IMG/VR virus record: IMGVR_UViG_3300023179_000012 | Length of the DNA stretch: 64,000 nt | Strand: one strand, 5' to 3' | Origin: a virus | Shown here: in pieces, positions 25,182 to 34,650 of the stretch | Position numbering within the stretch: position 1 is the first letter of the stretch | How the letters are laid out: every line of letters starts with the position of its first letter | The notes under the pieces: generated by a model | Database searches by the model: none | The model's input: the letters and a program-made list of their open reading frames with translations, nothing else | Told to the model about the DNA's origin: nothing | Position numbers and translations under genes: made by a program

Positions 25182-27730
25182 AAGAACTATCAAACTATAT
25201 TAATGATCCAGAAAATGATTTGAATAATTTTAATTTAGGATTATTTTATGAGCAACAGAATCACTACTCTCCAGCATCAGGATACTATTTGAGGTGTGCT
25301 GAAAAAACTAAGAATCTGGATCTCAGATACGAATCATTATTAAGAATGTATTATTGTTTCAAACTATTAGGTGATAGAGATCATACTTGTGATAGTTTAT
25401 TAAAACAGGCCATTTGTTTGTGTCCACAGAAGCCAGAAGGTTATTTCTTATTAACCCAACACTATGAATCAAAATCAGATTGGCTAAATGTTTATACCTA
25501 TTCTTCTATAGCTTTGGATGTTTGTAAAGACGCATCATCATTCATATCAGATATAGATTATGCAGGATTATATTGCTTATTATTTCAAAAAGCAGCAGCA
25601 AGTTGGTGGATTGGCAAACCCAAACAATGCAGACAATTATATCAAACTTTGCTTAATGAATATATAAATCAACTATCAGATAATTACAAAGCTCTACTCG
25701 AAAATAATTTATCAAGAATAGCAAGTGGTCCAACATCTCAAGCAATTAGGAGATATACAAAAAATCTAAAAGATACCTTAAGATTCTCATTTGACGATGT
25801 GGATATTATTGAAGAAAATTATTCACAGGTCTATCAGGATATGTTTGTATTAACTATTTTAAATGGAAAGAAAAACGGAACCTATCTTGAAATAGGCTCG
25901 GCAGAACCTTTTAAAAATAGTAATACTGCTTTATTAGAGAAAAAATTCAGCTGGAAGGGGATTGGTATAGAACTTAATGAAAATTTTGTTAAGCAACACA
26001 AGGAGCATCGAAGTAATCCAGTACTCCCTGTTGATGTATTAATAATAGACTATAATAAACTATTAAATAAATATTTTCCGGATACAGATACTATAGACTA
26101 TCTACAACTAGATATAGAACCTCCAAGAAATACATTTCAAGCTTTACTAGCTATTCCTTTTGATAAATATAAATTTTCAATTATAACATATGAACATGAT
26201 TATTATGTAGATGTTTCTAGATCATACAGAGATAAATCTAGAGAATACTTGAGTAGTCTAGGCTATATATTGGTTGTTTCCAACGTATCTCCAGATAAAA
26301 ATAGTCCATTTGAAGACTGGTGGATTCATCCGGAGCTATTATGTCAAATAAATAATTATAGTTTAATTAATACTTTTAATAATCAAAATATTAATTTTAT
26401 AGAAGACGTTATGTTAAAAAAAAACAATAAACTAAACGCTTTACATAATATTAATTTTATTAGTATCGAAGAATCCTTCGATAGACAAGAAAACCTTAAA
26501 AAACAATTTTTGGACTATAACATAACAAATTTTACTCCAAATATCTTTAAAAGATACCAAGAGTATAATTATAAACTACATGGAGATCTGGTTTCAACTT
26601 TACACGAAAACAGTAAGGGTCCGGTTACTTCTCATATCAAATCAATTAAAAGATGGTACGATTTAACTAATGAAGAATATGGTTTTTTTTGTGAAGACGA
26701 TTTGTCTTTAGAAACAGTGCCATATTGGAATTTTACGTTTCAAGAATTTATAGATAACCTACCAGAAGATTGGGAGTGTGTTCAACTAACATGCGTTAGA
26801 CCAAATCCTATTGGTATAAAATTAAGAGAAAGATTAGATGATGACTGGAACGCGGCCGCATATTTGATAAAAAGAAATTATGCTAAAAAAATAATTGATA
26901 ATTATTATGTAAATGATAATGAATTTAATCTAAAAATTAATAATACAAATCAAATTCCAATAGTTGAAAATATATTATTTAGTAATATCGGTAAAGTTTA
27001 TAATTTTCCAATCTTTATAGAAGACATAGTTAATACAAAATCTACCTGTTTAGCTAACGATTTAGTTGAAGAAAATGGACAAGGACCATATCATTGGGAT
27101 TCATATTATTGGGTAATCAACTGGTGGAAGCAATTTGGACAATATCTTACAATACAAGAATTGATGAAAAAATTTAGTCATATTTATCAGCAAAACCAAT
27201 TTGGCGAGAACTGGTTCACCTATCCCGATCTTTATAGGTCTATGGTAGAAAAATTTCCTTCTGGTAGTAAATTTGTTGAAGTTGGATCATGGAAAGGTAA
27301 ATCTTCAGCATATATGGCTGTTGAAATTGCAAACTCAAACAAGAAGATAGATTTCTATTGTGTAGACACATGGGCTGGAAGCGATGAGCACAAAGATTTA
27401 GATACTACTAATATTTATGAAATATTCATGAATAATATGAAGCCTCTAGAAAAATATTATAAATCAATTAAATCCTTATCTGTTGAAGTGGCTAAACAAT
27501 TTGAAGATAATTCTCTAGATTTCGTCTTTATTGATGCATCACACGATTATGAAGATGTCAAAAATGATATCCTAGTATGGTTGCCAAAAATTAAACAAAA
27601 TGGAATATTAGCAGGACATGATTATTATGTTGATCAAATAGACTATTTTCCTGGAGTTAAGCGTGCTGTAAATGAGATTCTCAAAAATATCAAAACCCAG
27701 GAAAACTGTTTTATTTACGAAAAGATATAA
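25178..27730 (+). CDS. Multidomain TPR + FkbM-like methyltransferase + GT25-like glycosyltransferase + class I SAM methyltransferase
   Basis: TPR-like N-terminus; YSQVYQDMFV/YLEIGS/IDYLQLDIE; INFISIEESFDRQ/SHIKSI/FCEDDL/DWECVQL; FVEVGSWKGKS/FVFIDASHDYEDV/GILAGHDY. Confidence 0.8.
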   Translation: MKELSNYINDPENDLNNFNLGLFYEQQNHYSPASGYYLRCAEKTKNLDLRYESLLRMYYCFKLLGDRDHTCDSLLKQAICLCPQKPEGYFLLTQHYESKSDWLNVYTYSSIALDVCKDASSFISDIDYAGLYCLLFQKAAASWWIGKPKQCRQLYQTLLNEYINQLSDNYKALLENNLSRIASGPTSQAIRRYTKNLKDTLRFSFDDVDIIEENYSQVYQDMFVLTILNGKKNGTYLEIGSAEPFKNSNTALLEKKFSWKGIGIELNENFVKQHKEHRSNPVLPVDVLIIDYNKLLNKYFPDTDTIDYLQLDIEPPRNTFQALLAIPFDKYKFSIITYEHDYYVDVSRSYRDKSREYLSSLGYILVVSNVSPDKNSPFEDWWIHPELLCQINNYSLINTFNNQNINFIEDVMLKKNNKLNALHNINFISIEESFDRQENLKKQFLDYNITNFTPNIFKRYQEYNYKLHGDLVSTLHENSKGPVTSHIKSIKRWYDLTNEEYGFFCEDDLSLETVPYWNFTFQEFIDNLPEDWECVQLTCVRPNPIGIKLRERLDDDWNAAAYLIKRNYAKKIIDNYYVNDNEFNLKINNTNQIPIVENILFSNIGKVYNFPIFIEDIVNTKSTCLANDLVEENGQGPYHWDSYYWVINWWKQFGQYLTIQELMKKFSHIYQQNQFGENWFTYPDLYRSMVEKFPSGSKFVEVGSWKGKSSAYMAVEIANSNKKIDFYCVDTWAGSDEHKDLDTTNIYEIFMNNMKPLEKYYKSIKSLSVEVAKQFEDNSLDFVFIDASHDYEDVKNDILVWLPKIKQNGILAGHDYYVDQIDYFPGVKRAVNEILKNIKTQENCFIYEKI

Positions 27731-27752
27731 CGATAGACCAATTTACTTATAT

Positions 27753-27768
27753 GGTGTATAATATACTA
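27753..27768 (+). promoter_or_regulatory. Putative late promoter motif
   Basis: GGTGTATAATATACTA in the gap before the ATG at 27789. Confidence 0.55.
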
Positions 27769-27788
27769 TATCATATAAGGAGAATAAA

Positions 27789-28184
27789 ATGGCCGCTTTT
27801 TGTGTTACTCTTTTTGACAGCATAGAAAATCCTAGTGAGACCGATAGCTGCTTCCTTGCTGCTACAAAAAATATAACAATATCCAAAGGCACAGCATATA
27901 AAATAACATATCAGTTATATAAAGACGGATCTAATGCTGATTTAACAGGTTATTCATTAAGAGGCACAATAAAACCATCGTCATCATCTAATTTAGTTCT
28001 ATTATCTATGACATCAGCTAATCTGTTGTTATCTATTGATAATAGTAATAGTACAATTAGTATGAATCTCAAAGAAAGTTTTACTAGACGAGTATCATAT
28101 AGTACAGCGGTATATGATATTGAATTGGTCAATGGTGTTGGTGACGCATCTAAAATTATAACAGGACTAATAACATTTATATGA
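27789..28184 (+). CDS. Small beta-sandwich virion protein, paralogue of 15231-15635
   Basis: ISKGTAY...NADLTGYSLRG...YDIEL...KIITG aligns by eye with the 15231 protein. Confidence 0.55.
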   Translation: MAAFCVTLFDSIENPSETDSCFLAATKNITISKGTAYKITYQLYKDGSNADLTGYSLRGTIKPSSSSNLVLLSMTSANLLLSIDNSNSTISMNLKESFTRRVSYSTAVYDIELVNGVGDASKIITGLITFI

Positions 28185-28690
28185 ATATCATCACTAATGA
28201 TCTTAAAAATTTATACAAATCAATGATAGATGAGTTACTGCGAAGTGGCTCGTTATCTTTACCTTGTAAGCTAATTTATGAAGCATCATTTTTTAATAAA
28301 TGTTTAAATTGTAATTATGATCCTATATCTAACAAGTCTAGTAACACATACAAGAGCGGTGGACCACTAGTATTTGCAGACGGTCAAATATGTCCGTACT
28401 GCCGTGGTTTGGGAGGAACTTATGATCAGGCTTATGATATTAGAGATTTACTAGTAATATTTGATTATAAATATTGGGTTAATTTTAACAGTAAAATTCA
28501 TAGTCCAGATGGTCTTATTCAAACTATTAGTAAACTAGAAGATTATCCAAAGATCAACACCTGTAATAAACTTATTGTAGACACCAACATTCAAAATTAT
28601 ACTGAAAGCTATTATCAGCGTAACAGCGAACCTCAACCAGCTGGTTTTGGTGAAAGCTCATACTTTTTTACATACTGGAAGAAGATATGA
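28181..28690 (+). CDS. Probable head closure/neck protein with a CxxC...CxxC insert
   Basis: Position in the neck cluster; KCLNC and ICPYC. Confidence 0.5.
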   Translation: MNIITNDLKNLYKSMIDELLRSGSLSLPCKLIYEASFFNKCLNCNYDPISNKSSNTYKSGGPLVFADGQICPYCRGLGGTYDQAYDIRDLLVIFDYKYWVNFNSKIHSPDGLIQTISKLEDYPKINTCNKLIVDTNIQNYTESYYQRNSEPQPAGFGESSYFFTYWKKI

Positions 28691-29334
28691 ATGGTTTTGG
28701 ACTATCTGTTGATATTGTAGAATCTAATGCTGAAATTAGTAGCGAGATTGTAAAAGCCCTAGCTCCTGATGTAACAAAATATTTTAATACAATATTTAAT
28801 GAATTATCCGATATTATTCCTGATATTATTGTACAAAGTATAGTATCTCAACCAGAATATGATTCTCTTATGGGAGGAACTCTTCAATACGAGTTTGGTA
28901 TACCAGACCCGGCTTCTAGATTATCAGAAATATTAAATACCATAAGGAACGGTGCAGTTTTAACAAAAAAACCAGTAATATCAAAATCAAATAGCTTAAG
29001 TGGCGGTTTTAAAATTCAAATGATTAGAAAAGATTTTTCTGATTTGTTAGAGCTGGGAGCAGCATCGTTTACTACTGAAAAAGGATCCCAATTAAATTGG
29101 TTAGAATGGTTGCTACTAGAAGGAGATAGTGTTATTATATCAGATAACATATTCGTATTTGGTCCTAGTAAATATTCTAGAACCGGATTTGGTATCATGA
29201 GAGAAAGTCTGGGTGGTTTTTGGAGAGTTCCACCAGAATATGCAGGATCTATTAATAATAATTGGATAACCAGAGCTATTAATGATGTTTCTGATACCAT
29301 AGAACAAGAAATACAAAAACTACTAAAAGACTAA
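28687..29334 (+). CDS. Probable neck/tail completion protein
   Basis: Position between the head closure and tail terminator candidates. Confidence 0.45.
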   Translation: MNGFGLSVDIVESNAEISSEIVKALAPDVTKYFNTIFNELSDIIPDIIVQSIVSQPEYDSLMGGTLQYEFGIPDPASRLSEILNTIRNGAVLTKKPVISKSNSLSGGFKIQMIRKDFSDLLELGAASFTTEKGSQLNWLEWLLLEGDSVIISDNIFVFGPSKYSRTGFGIMRESLGGFWRVPPEYAGSINNNWITRAINDVSDTIEQEIQKLLKD

Positions 29335-29344
29335 GGAATTAACC

Positions 29345-30310
29345 ATGACATATGATCCAACTTTTATGGGTGTTGATAATATGGGTTCCACACTCATATT
29401 AAATGAATTAGAAAATAATTATAAGTCTTTTTTAAATTGGGGATTTCTTAATATAGGTGCTTTTACTAATGTTCGTATTCCCACACAAAACATATCTTCT
29501 TTTGATCTTCATATTCTTAAGCCCACAACAGACTCTAATCAGACTAGTCGCACAGTTTGGCAAGCGGCCAGAAAAGATTGGGTATATGAATCTGGAATAA
29601 GTTTTAATAGTGTTTCGCCCATTAATATTAGTGGCGTAGTTGTTAACTCCACATTCTATCCTGCTCCAACTGGTAACGCATCATTAGGTTATACAATCAA
29701 CTATCCCGAGGGCAAGGTTATCTTTAATAAAGCTATAGCAGCATCTAGTGTTGTAAAATTAGAATACTCTTATAGAAATGTGCAAATTTATAGAATGGAA
29801 GAGTTTCCATATTGGAAACAAATACAGTACAATAGTTTAGAAAATAAAACCGGCCTATCCTTATCAGACAAAGGAGACTTTTCTATAACATCAGAACATA
29901 GAGTTCAGTTACCAGCAGTTGTTATAGAACCAATAGCTCGATCAGATAATAAGCCGTTTAGACTAGGAGACAAATCGCTCATTATAGAACAAGATTTACT
30001 ATTCCATGTACTATCCGATCAACCGCGAGATAAAAATAATATTGTGGACATTTTTAGACTTCAAGAAGATCGAACAATATGGCTATATGATACTAATGAA
30101 GTTATTAAAAGCGGAGTTTATCCACTTAATTTTAATGGTAGTAAAAATATAAATGGTCAAAATTATAATTTAATTGTTAATAATGAAAGTTATAAGTGGT
30201 TAAGATGCAGAATGACGGATGTTACTATATCAGATATGAGCTTCACTAATATAAGAATGTATGGGTCTATTGTAAGGGTGTCAAATGAAATTATTTTTAC
30301 AGACTTCTAG
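29345..30310 (+). CDS. Probable tail terminator
   Basis: Directly upstream of the tail tube gene; RVQLPAVVIE segment typical of tail terminators. Confidence 0.5.
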   Translation: MTYDPTFMGVDNMGSTLILNELENNYKSFLNWGFLNIGAFTNVRIPTQNISSFDLHILKPTTDSNQTSRTVWQAARKDWVYESGISFNSVSPINISGVVVNSTFYPAPTGNASLGYTINYPEGKVIFNKAIAASSVVKLEYSYRNVQIYRMEEFPYWKQIQYNSLENKTGLSLSDKGDFSITSEHRVQLPAVVIEPIARSDNKPFRLGDKSLIIEQDLLFHVLSDQPRDKNNIVDIFRLQEDRTIWLYDTNEVIKSGVYPLNFNGSKNINGQNYNLIVNNESYKWLRCRMTDVTISDMSFTNIRMYGSIVRVSNEIIFTDF

Positions 30311-30316
30311 ATTTTG

Positions 30317-30332
30317 GGTGTATTTTAGTTTA
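30317..30332 (+). promoter_or_regulatory. Putative late promoter motif
   Basis: GGTGTATTTTAGTTTA in the gap before the tail tube ATG at 30370. Confidence 0.55.
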
Positions 30333-30369
30333 GAGCATTTCACAGTATTCTAATACGGAGACCAATAAC

Positions 30370-31269
30370 ATGCCAAATAATCGTATTTTTTACGCTAGCC
30401 ACGGTGTTAGTGTGGGTGGCACAACAGTACAAGGCGCCCAAAGTGTTGGCGTAACAACAAATTTTAATCTAGAACAAGCTTTCCAACTAGGTCAATTAGC
30501 TCTTTATGACAACATCGTTGTTGATCCCGAAGTTGAAATCACTCTAAATAAGGTTCTTGACGGCAGAGCTACTATCTGGAATCTAGCTACAGCCGGAGGC
30601 GGATCCTTAGTTAGTAATGCCAATGATAATTGCACAATAGTACTAGGTATTGGTGACGATACTGCTGCAACTTTAACAGGCACTAGCGGGGCTAGTGTAA
30701 CCTGCACAGGAATGTATGTTTCGAGTCTAACATATACTTTTCCAGTAGATGGTAATTTTACAGAAGATGTAACATTCGTTGGTAACCACAAAGCACTTAG
30801 CGGCACAGTCTCTGCTCCATCAGTAAGTGGTTCTAAGGTTCTACGTAGACAAAACTTTGCTAGTAGTACTTTACCAAGCGAAGTTAGTGGCAAGAATATT
30901 ACAAGTATTACAATTAGTGCTGATCTTGGAAGAGAAAGTATGTACAAGCTTGGTCAATATGCTCCATTCCATCGCTTCGTTAACTTCCCACTAGAAGTTA
31001 CCACAGAATTTGAAGTGTCTGCTACTACAAGAGACGGCGTTGTGGTCGATCTAGATTCTATCACTTGCACAGGCGGTAATTTGCCACAAGATCAACCGAT
31101 CACAATCAACCTTTGCGAAGGTACTGGAGGTACAACATATTATACTTTCAATATGGGAACTAAGAATAGACTACAATCAGTAAATTATACCGGTGGTGAT
31201 ACTGGTGGTGGTAACGTTAGTATTACATATAGCTACTCAACCTATAACGACTTAACTATTACTGGTTAA
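30370..31269 (+). CDS. Major tail tube protein
   Basis: 299 aa, Thr/Ser/Gly-rich beta pattern, own promoter motif, SD GGAG; two internally similar halves. Confidence 0.7.
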   Translation: MPNNRIFYASHGVSVGGTTVQGAQSVGVTTNFNLEQAFQLGQLALYDNIVVDPEVEITLNKVLDGRATIWNLATAGGGSLVSNANDNCTIVLGIGDDTAATLTGTSGASVTCTGMYVSSLTYTFPVDGNFTEDVTFVGNHKALSGTVSAPSVSGSKVLRRQNFASSTLPSEVSGKNITSITISADLGRESMYKLGQYAPFHRFVNFPLEVTTEFEVSATTRDGVVVDLDSITCTGGNLPQDQPITINLCEGTGGTTYYTFNMGTKNRLQSVNYTGGDTGGGNVSITYSYSTYNDLTITG

Positions 31270-31310
31270 TTCTTGGTTAGTAGTTAGTTACAAACTAAAA
31301 GGACAAGTTT

Positions 31311-32267
31311 GTGCCAGGACCTAATAAAAGAGTATATTTTCCGTGTCTGGGCATTGCGAAGTGTCCAGACACGTCTATTTATAACGAGGTTATTTCAGCG
31401 GAAGTTGGTGTTAGTCTAAACATTAATAATATTATCACTCCAGGATCGGTTACACCCGCTGGACAATACTCTGATATTCCAGAGTCTACATTTTCATATA
31501 CATCATACTTACAAACATTTACGCCTATAGCCGACGAAGACGGCGTTAATAATTTTGTTGGTTGGGATATGCTCGTTGGTTTAGATAGCGATACTAATCA
31601 AACTTTTGGTGGACTATTTAGTGGCACATCAACACTACTATCTGGCTCGGTTAATGGCTCTTCACCATATGATGGTATCAGATGCTCATTGTGTACATTA
31701 TCGTCAATTTCATACGATTTACCGGTTGATGGAAATTTTACTGTTAGTAGAACGTATCAAGGTTTTTCTAAAAAAGTTTTACCAAACGCTGGCGGCTACA
31801 CATTTACAGAAAGTACCGGTAAAGTTAAACGTAGACAATGTTTTCAAGGAACTCTTCCATCCAGAATATCTAATAATGCTATACAAAATATAAAAATTGA
31901 ATTCTCTATCAATAGAACACCAGTACCAGAATTTGCTACCAGAAAACCATATGCTGTTTATGTTAATTTTCCAATCGAAAGTACTATAACATTTGATATG
32001 ATAGTTCAACGATTAGATAAATATAATCTTGATGCTCTTCAAACCGCTTGTAAAAATATTGGAGTAACATCAGAAGATATTACTATATCTGTTGATGGGG
32101 CCGGATCTATAACATTAAAAAAAGCTTATGTCAATAGTATTCAATATAATGGTGGATCTGCAAACTCCAACGATAATCAAACAGTATCAGTAACATATAA
32201 AAGTTATGAACCAATAACAAACATAAAACCTGTTATCATAACACCGGACGAGGATCCTTGTTTATAG
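31311..32267 (+). CDS. Second tail-tube-like paralogue (GTG start)
   Basis: Collinear with 30370: SSISYDLPVDGNFT vs SSLTYTFPVDGNFT, VKRRQCF vs VLRRQNF, VNFPIE vs VNFPLE. Confidence 0.65.
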   Translation: MPGPNKRVYFPCLGIAKCPDTSIYNEVISAEVGVSLNINNIITPGSVTPAGQYSDIPESTFSYTSYLQTFTPIADEDGVNNFVGWDMLVGLDSDTNQTFGGLFSGTSTLLSGSVNGSSPYDGIRCSLCTLSSISYDLPVDGNFTVSRTYQGFSKKVLPNAGGYTFTESTGKVKRRQCFQGTLPSRISNNAIQNIKIEFSINRTPVPEFATRKPYAVYVNFPIESTITFDMIVQRLDKYNLDALQTACKNIGVTSEDITISVDGAGSITLKKAYVNSIQYNGGSANSNDNQTVSVTYKSYEPITNIKPVIITPDEDPCL

Positions 32268-32279
32268 TTTTAGGAATTT

Positions 32280-33335
32280 ATGACAACTATCGAAAAGATT
32301 TTATATAGAATATTATTAGGATATTATTATATTTATATTAATGATGAACAATATAAAGTAATTTATCCCACCCTAAGTATTAAATACGAAGCAGAATTAC
32401 TATATGAAAAAATATTAGAGGATAATAAATTTGATAAGATGTATCTAAATGATAATGAAATAAAAAACTATTTACATATGAATAATATATGGTTAAAAAA
32501 TGATGATGAGAAACTAAAGGACTGCGAGAAATTTCTTGAAGACTCTAAAGTTAATTTATATCTAAATTATAGTAATGAAAAAATGACCACCACTAATAAA
32601 AAAAATATTTCCAAAGCGCAAAAAGATCTTGAGACTCTTTTATCCAAAAAACATAGTTTTGATTATCTAACAATACATGAACACGCAACATCTGTTAAAA
32701 ATGAATTTATTCTTATGAATAGTATCTATGATCAACACAATAATTTAGTATTTGATTATCATAAAGATCATATTTTAGCCTATAATGATTTTCAGTCTTT
32801 TGTTAGAGAAATTTTAGAGACATCTATTAAACAACATGAATTAAGACGAGTGGCTAAGTCAGACTTGTGGAAATCCTACGCTGTTGCATCAAAAATAGAA
32901 AAAGATATCATTGATATGAATGATGACTATCGTCATCTGATTGGCTTACATAAGATGTATGATAATGTAAGACAGCATCCTGAGTGTCCATCAAATGAAA
33001 TTATAGAAGATGATGATGCTTTGGATGGATGGTTTATATACCAAAATAGAAAAGCTGAGAAAGAAAAGAAGAAGAACAGTATTATGAATAAGATTGGTAA
33101 TAAGTCCAAAGATGCTGGAGAAGTATTCTTAATAACAGACGATATCAAAGAACGAGATGCTATATACGCATTAAACGATGCTACTGCTCGTCAAAATATT
33201 AAAGAAATTATTAACACTGGTAAAAAACTAGAGTCCACAAAAGAAAATATGAAATGGCAGGATATTCCATTTGTACAAAGAGATTTGAGAAACCAGGCTC
33301 AGGAAAAGTTTAAGAATCATCAGAAGGGAAAGTAA
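32280..33335 (+). CDS. Hypothetical protein, 351 aa (tail assembly region)
   Basis: Helical charged ORF between the tube and tape measure genes. Confidence 0.6.
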   Translation: MTTIEKILYRILLGYYYIYINDEQYKVIYPTLSIKYEAELLYEKILEDNKFDKMYLNDNEIKNYLHMNNIWLKNDDEKLKDCEKFLEDSKVNLYLNYSNEKMTTTNKKNISKAQKDLETLLSKKHSFDYLTIHEHATSVKNEFILMNSIYDQHNNLVFDYHKDHILAYNDFQSFVREILETSIKQHELRRVAKSDLWKSYAVASKIEKDIIDMNDDYRHLIGLHKMYDNVRQHPECPSNEIIEDDDALDGWFIYQNRKAEKEKKKNSIMNKIGNKSKDAGEVFLITDDIKERDAIYALNDATARQNIKEIINTGKKLESTKENMKWQDIPFVQRDLRNQAQEKFKNHQKGK

Positions 33336-33336
33336 T

Positions 33337-33648
33337 ATGAAAAATAGAAAAAAGGGAATTATTAATCAAATTAATAAAAGATTTCAAACAACAATAATTG
33401 GCAGTTTAGCAAGATTCGAAGAAAATTTTGGATATTTATGGGGACATAATTCTGATAAAGAATTAACCGATAAACAAAAAGATTTTTTAGACTTGTGGGA
33501 ATTTACAAGAACAGCTATATTAAATCATGGTAATCATCAAATGAGGGATGCTGTTGATGATGTTATTGATTATATAGATCAAGAGAATAATTATTACCAT
33601 TATAATTTTATCATCAAAAATAAAGACCAAGAAGAAAATAGGAGCTAA
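33337..33648 (+). CDS. Hypothetical protein, 103 aa
   Basis: Tightly coupled ORF. Confidence 0.65.
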   Translation: MKNRKKGIINQINKRFQTTIIGSLARFEENFGYLWGHNSDKELTDKQKDFLDLWEFTRTAILNHGNHQMRDAVDDVIDYIDQENNYYHYNFIIKNKDQEENRS

Positions 33649-33651
33649 ATT

Positions 33652-34557
33652 ATGCTAACAGACAAATTTACGATGAGTGTTAATGGTGTTGATCAAGAAT
33701 TTCTAATCAAAACACCATCATTGGTTGATCAAAGAGAAGCCCAAAAGGTTTATAATCAAGCATTCTCTGATGCTGTAAAATCTGGTTGTATAGTTAGAGC
33801 CAGACTAGATGATCTATTAAAAGAGCAAGGACTATGGGATGATCAAAAACAAATAAAGTTCAACACCTTGCAACAAGAAATATTAGACGGTGAAAAAAGC
33901 TTGTCTAAGGGTGGTATTAGTCTTAAATCGGCTAAAGAAGTAGCTATTAAGATTAAAAGGCTACGCGATGAGATGAGAGATCTGATCAGCGTTAGAACAA
34001 ATCTGGACAATCATACGGCCGAGGGGCAGGCCGATAATGCTAGATTCAACTACTTAATATCATCCTGCTTGGTGTATTCTAGTAATAAAGACAGGTATTT
34101 CAAAACATATGAAGATTATCTTAGTAGAGCATCAGAACCAGTAGCTATCAGAGCTGCTCAAGTACTGGCCAATATGCTCTATGGCTTAGATAATGATTAT
34201 GAAAAGAAATTACCAGAAAATAAATTCTTGGTTAAGTATAAGTTTGTTGATGATAAACTTAGACTAATTAATAAAGATGGTCATTTGGTAGACATTGAAG
34301 GAAGACTAGTGGATGAGAACGGCAGATACATTAATGAGAAAGGCGAGTTTGTAGATAAGAATGGAGTACCAGTTGACGTTAACGGAGACTATATTACTGA
34401 TTTCCAGCCTTTCACAGATGATGACGGCAATCCAGTTGTTCTAGAGGAAAATAAGGAATCAAAGGTAGTAACCAATGAAACACCCAAAGAAGCAGACCAA
34501 CCAGTTGTCACAAACGATGAATCAAAAGAAACAACAGCATCCTCAACTGTTAGTTAA
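33652..34557 (+). CDS. Probable tail assembly chaperone
   Basis: Last gene before the TMP; helical N-terminus, 7-aa (V/I)(D/N)xxG repeats, acidic tail; SD GGAG. Confidence 0.45.
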   Translation: MLTDKFTMSVNGVDQEFLIKTPSLVDQREAQKVYNQAFSDAVKSGCIVRARLDDLLKEQGLWDDQKQIKFNTLQQEILDGEKSLSKGGISLKSAKEVAIKIKRLRDEMRDLISVRTNLDNHTAEGQADNARFNYLISSCLVYSSNKDRYFKTYEDYLSRASEPVAIRAAQVLANMLYGLDNDYEKKLPENKFLVKYKFVDDKLRLINKDGHLVDIEGRLVDENGRYINEKGEFVDKNGVPVDVNGDYITDFQPFTDDDGNPVVLEENKESKVVTNETPKEADQPVVTNDESKETTASSTVS

Positions 34558-34587
34558 TAGTTTTTTTAGCTTACCTATTTTTGATAT

Positions 34588-34622
34588 AAAGGGCATCATA
34601 GCATTATGGTGCCTTTTATTTT
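34588..34622 (+). terminator. Intrinsic terminator-like hairpin upstream of the TMP gene
   Basis: AAAGGGCATCATA-GCAT-TATGGTGCCTTTT followed by ATTTTT. Confidence 0.65.
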
Positions 34623-34650
34623 TATCGTTATCATAAATATAATATAAACT

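Noticed and set aside
33337-34650. Lambda G/GT-type programmed frameshift in the tail chaperones
   Set aside because: I could not find a slippery heptamer near a gene end with an open shifted frame behind it
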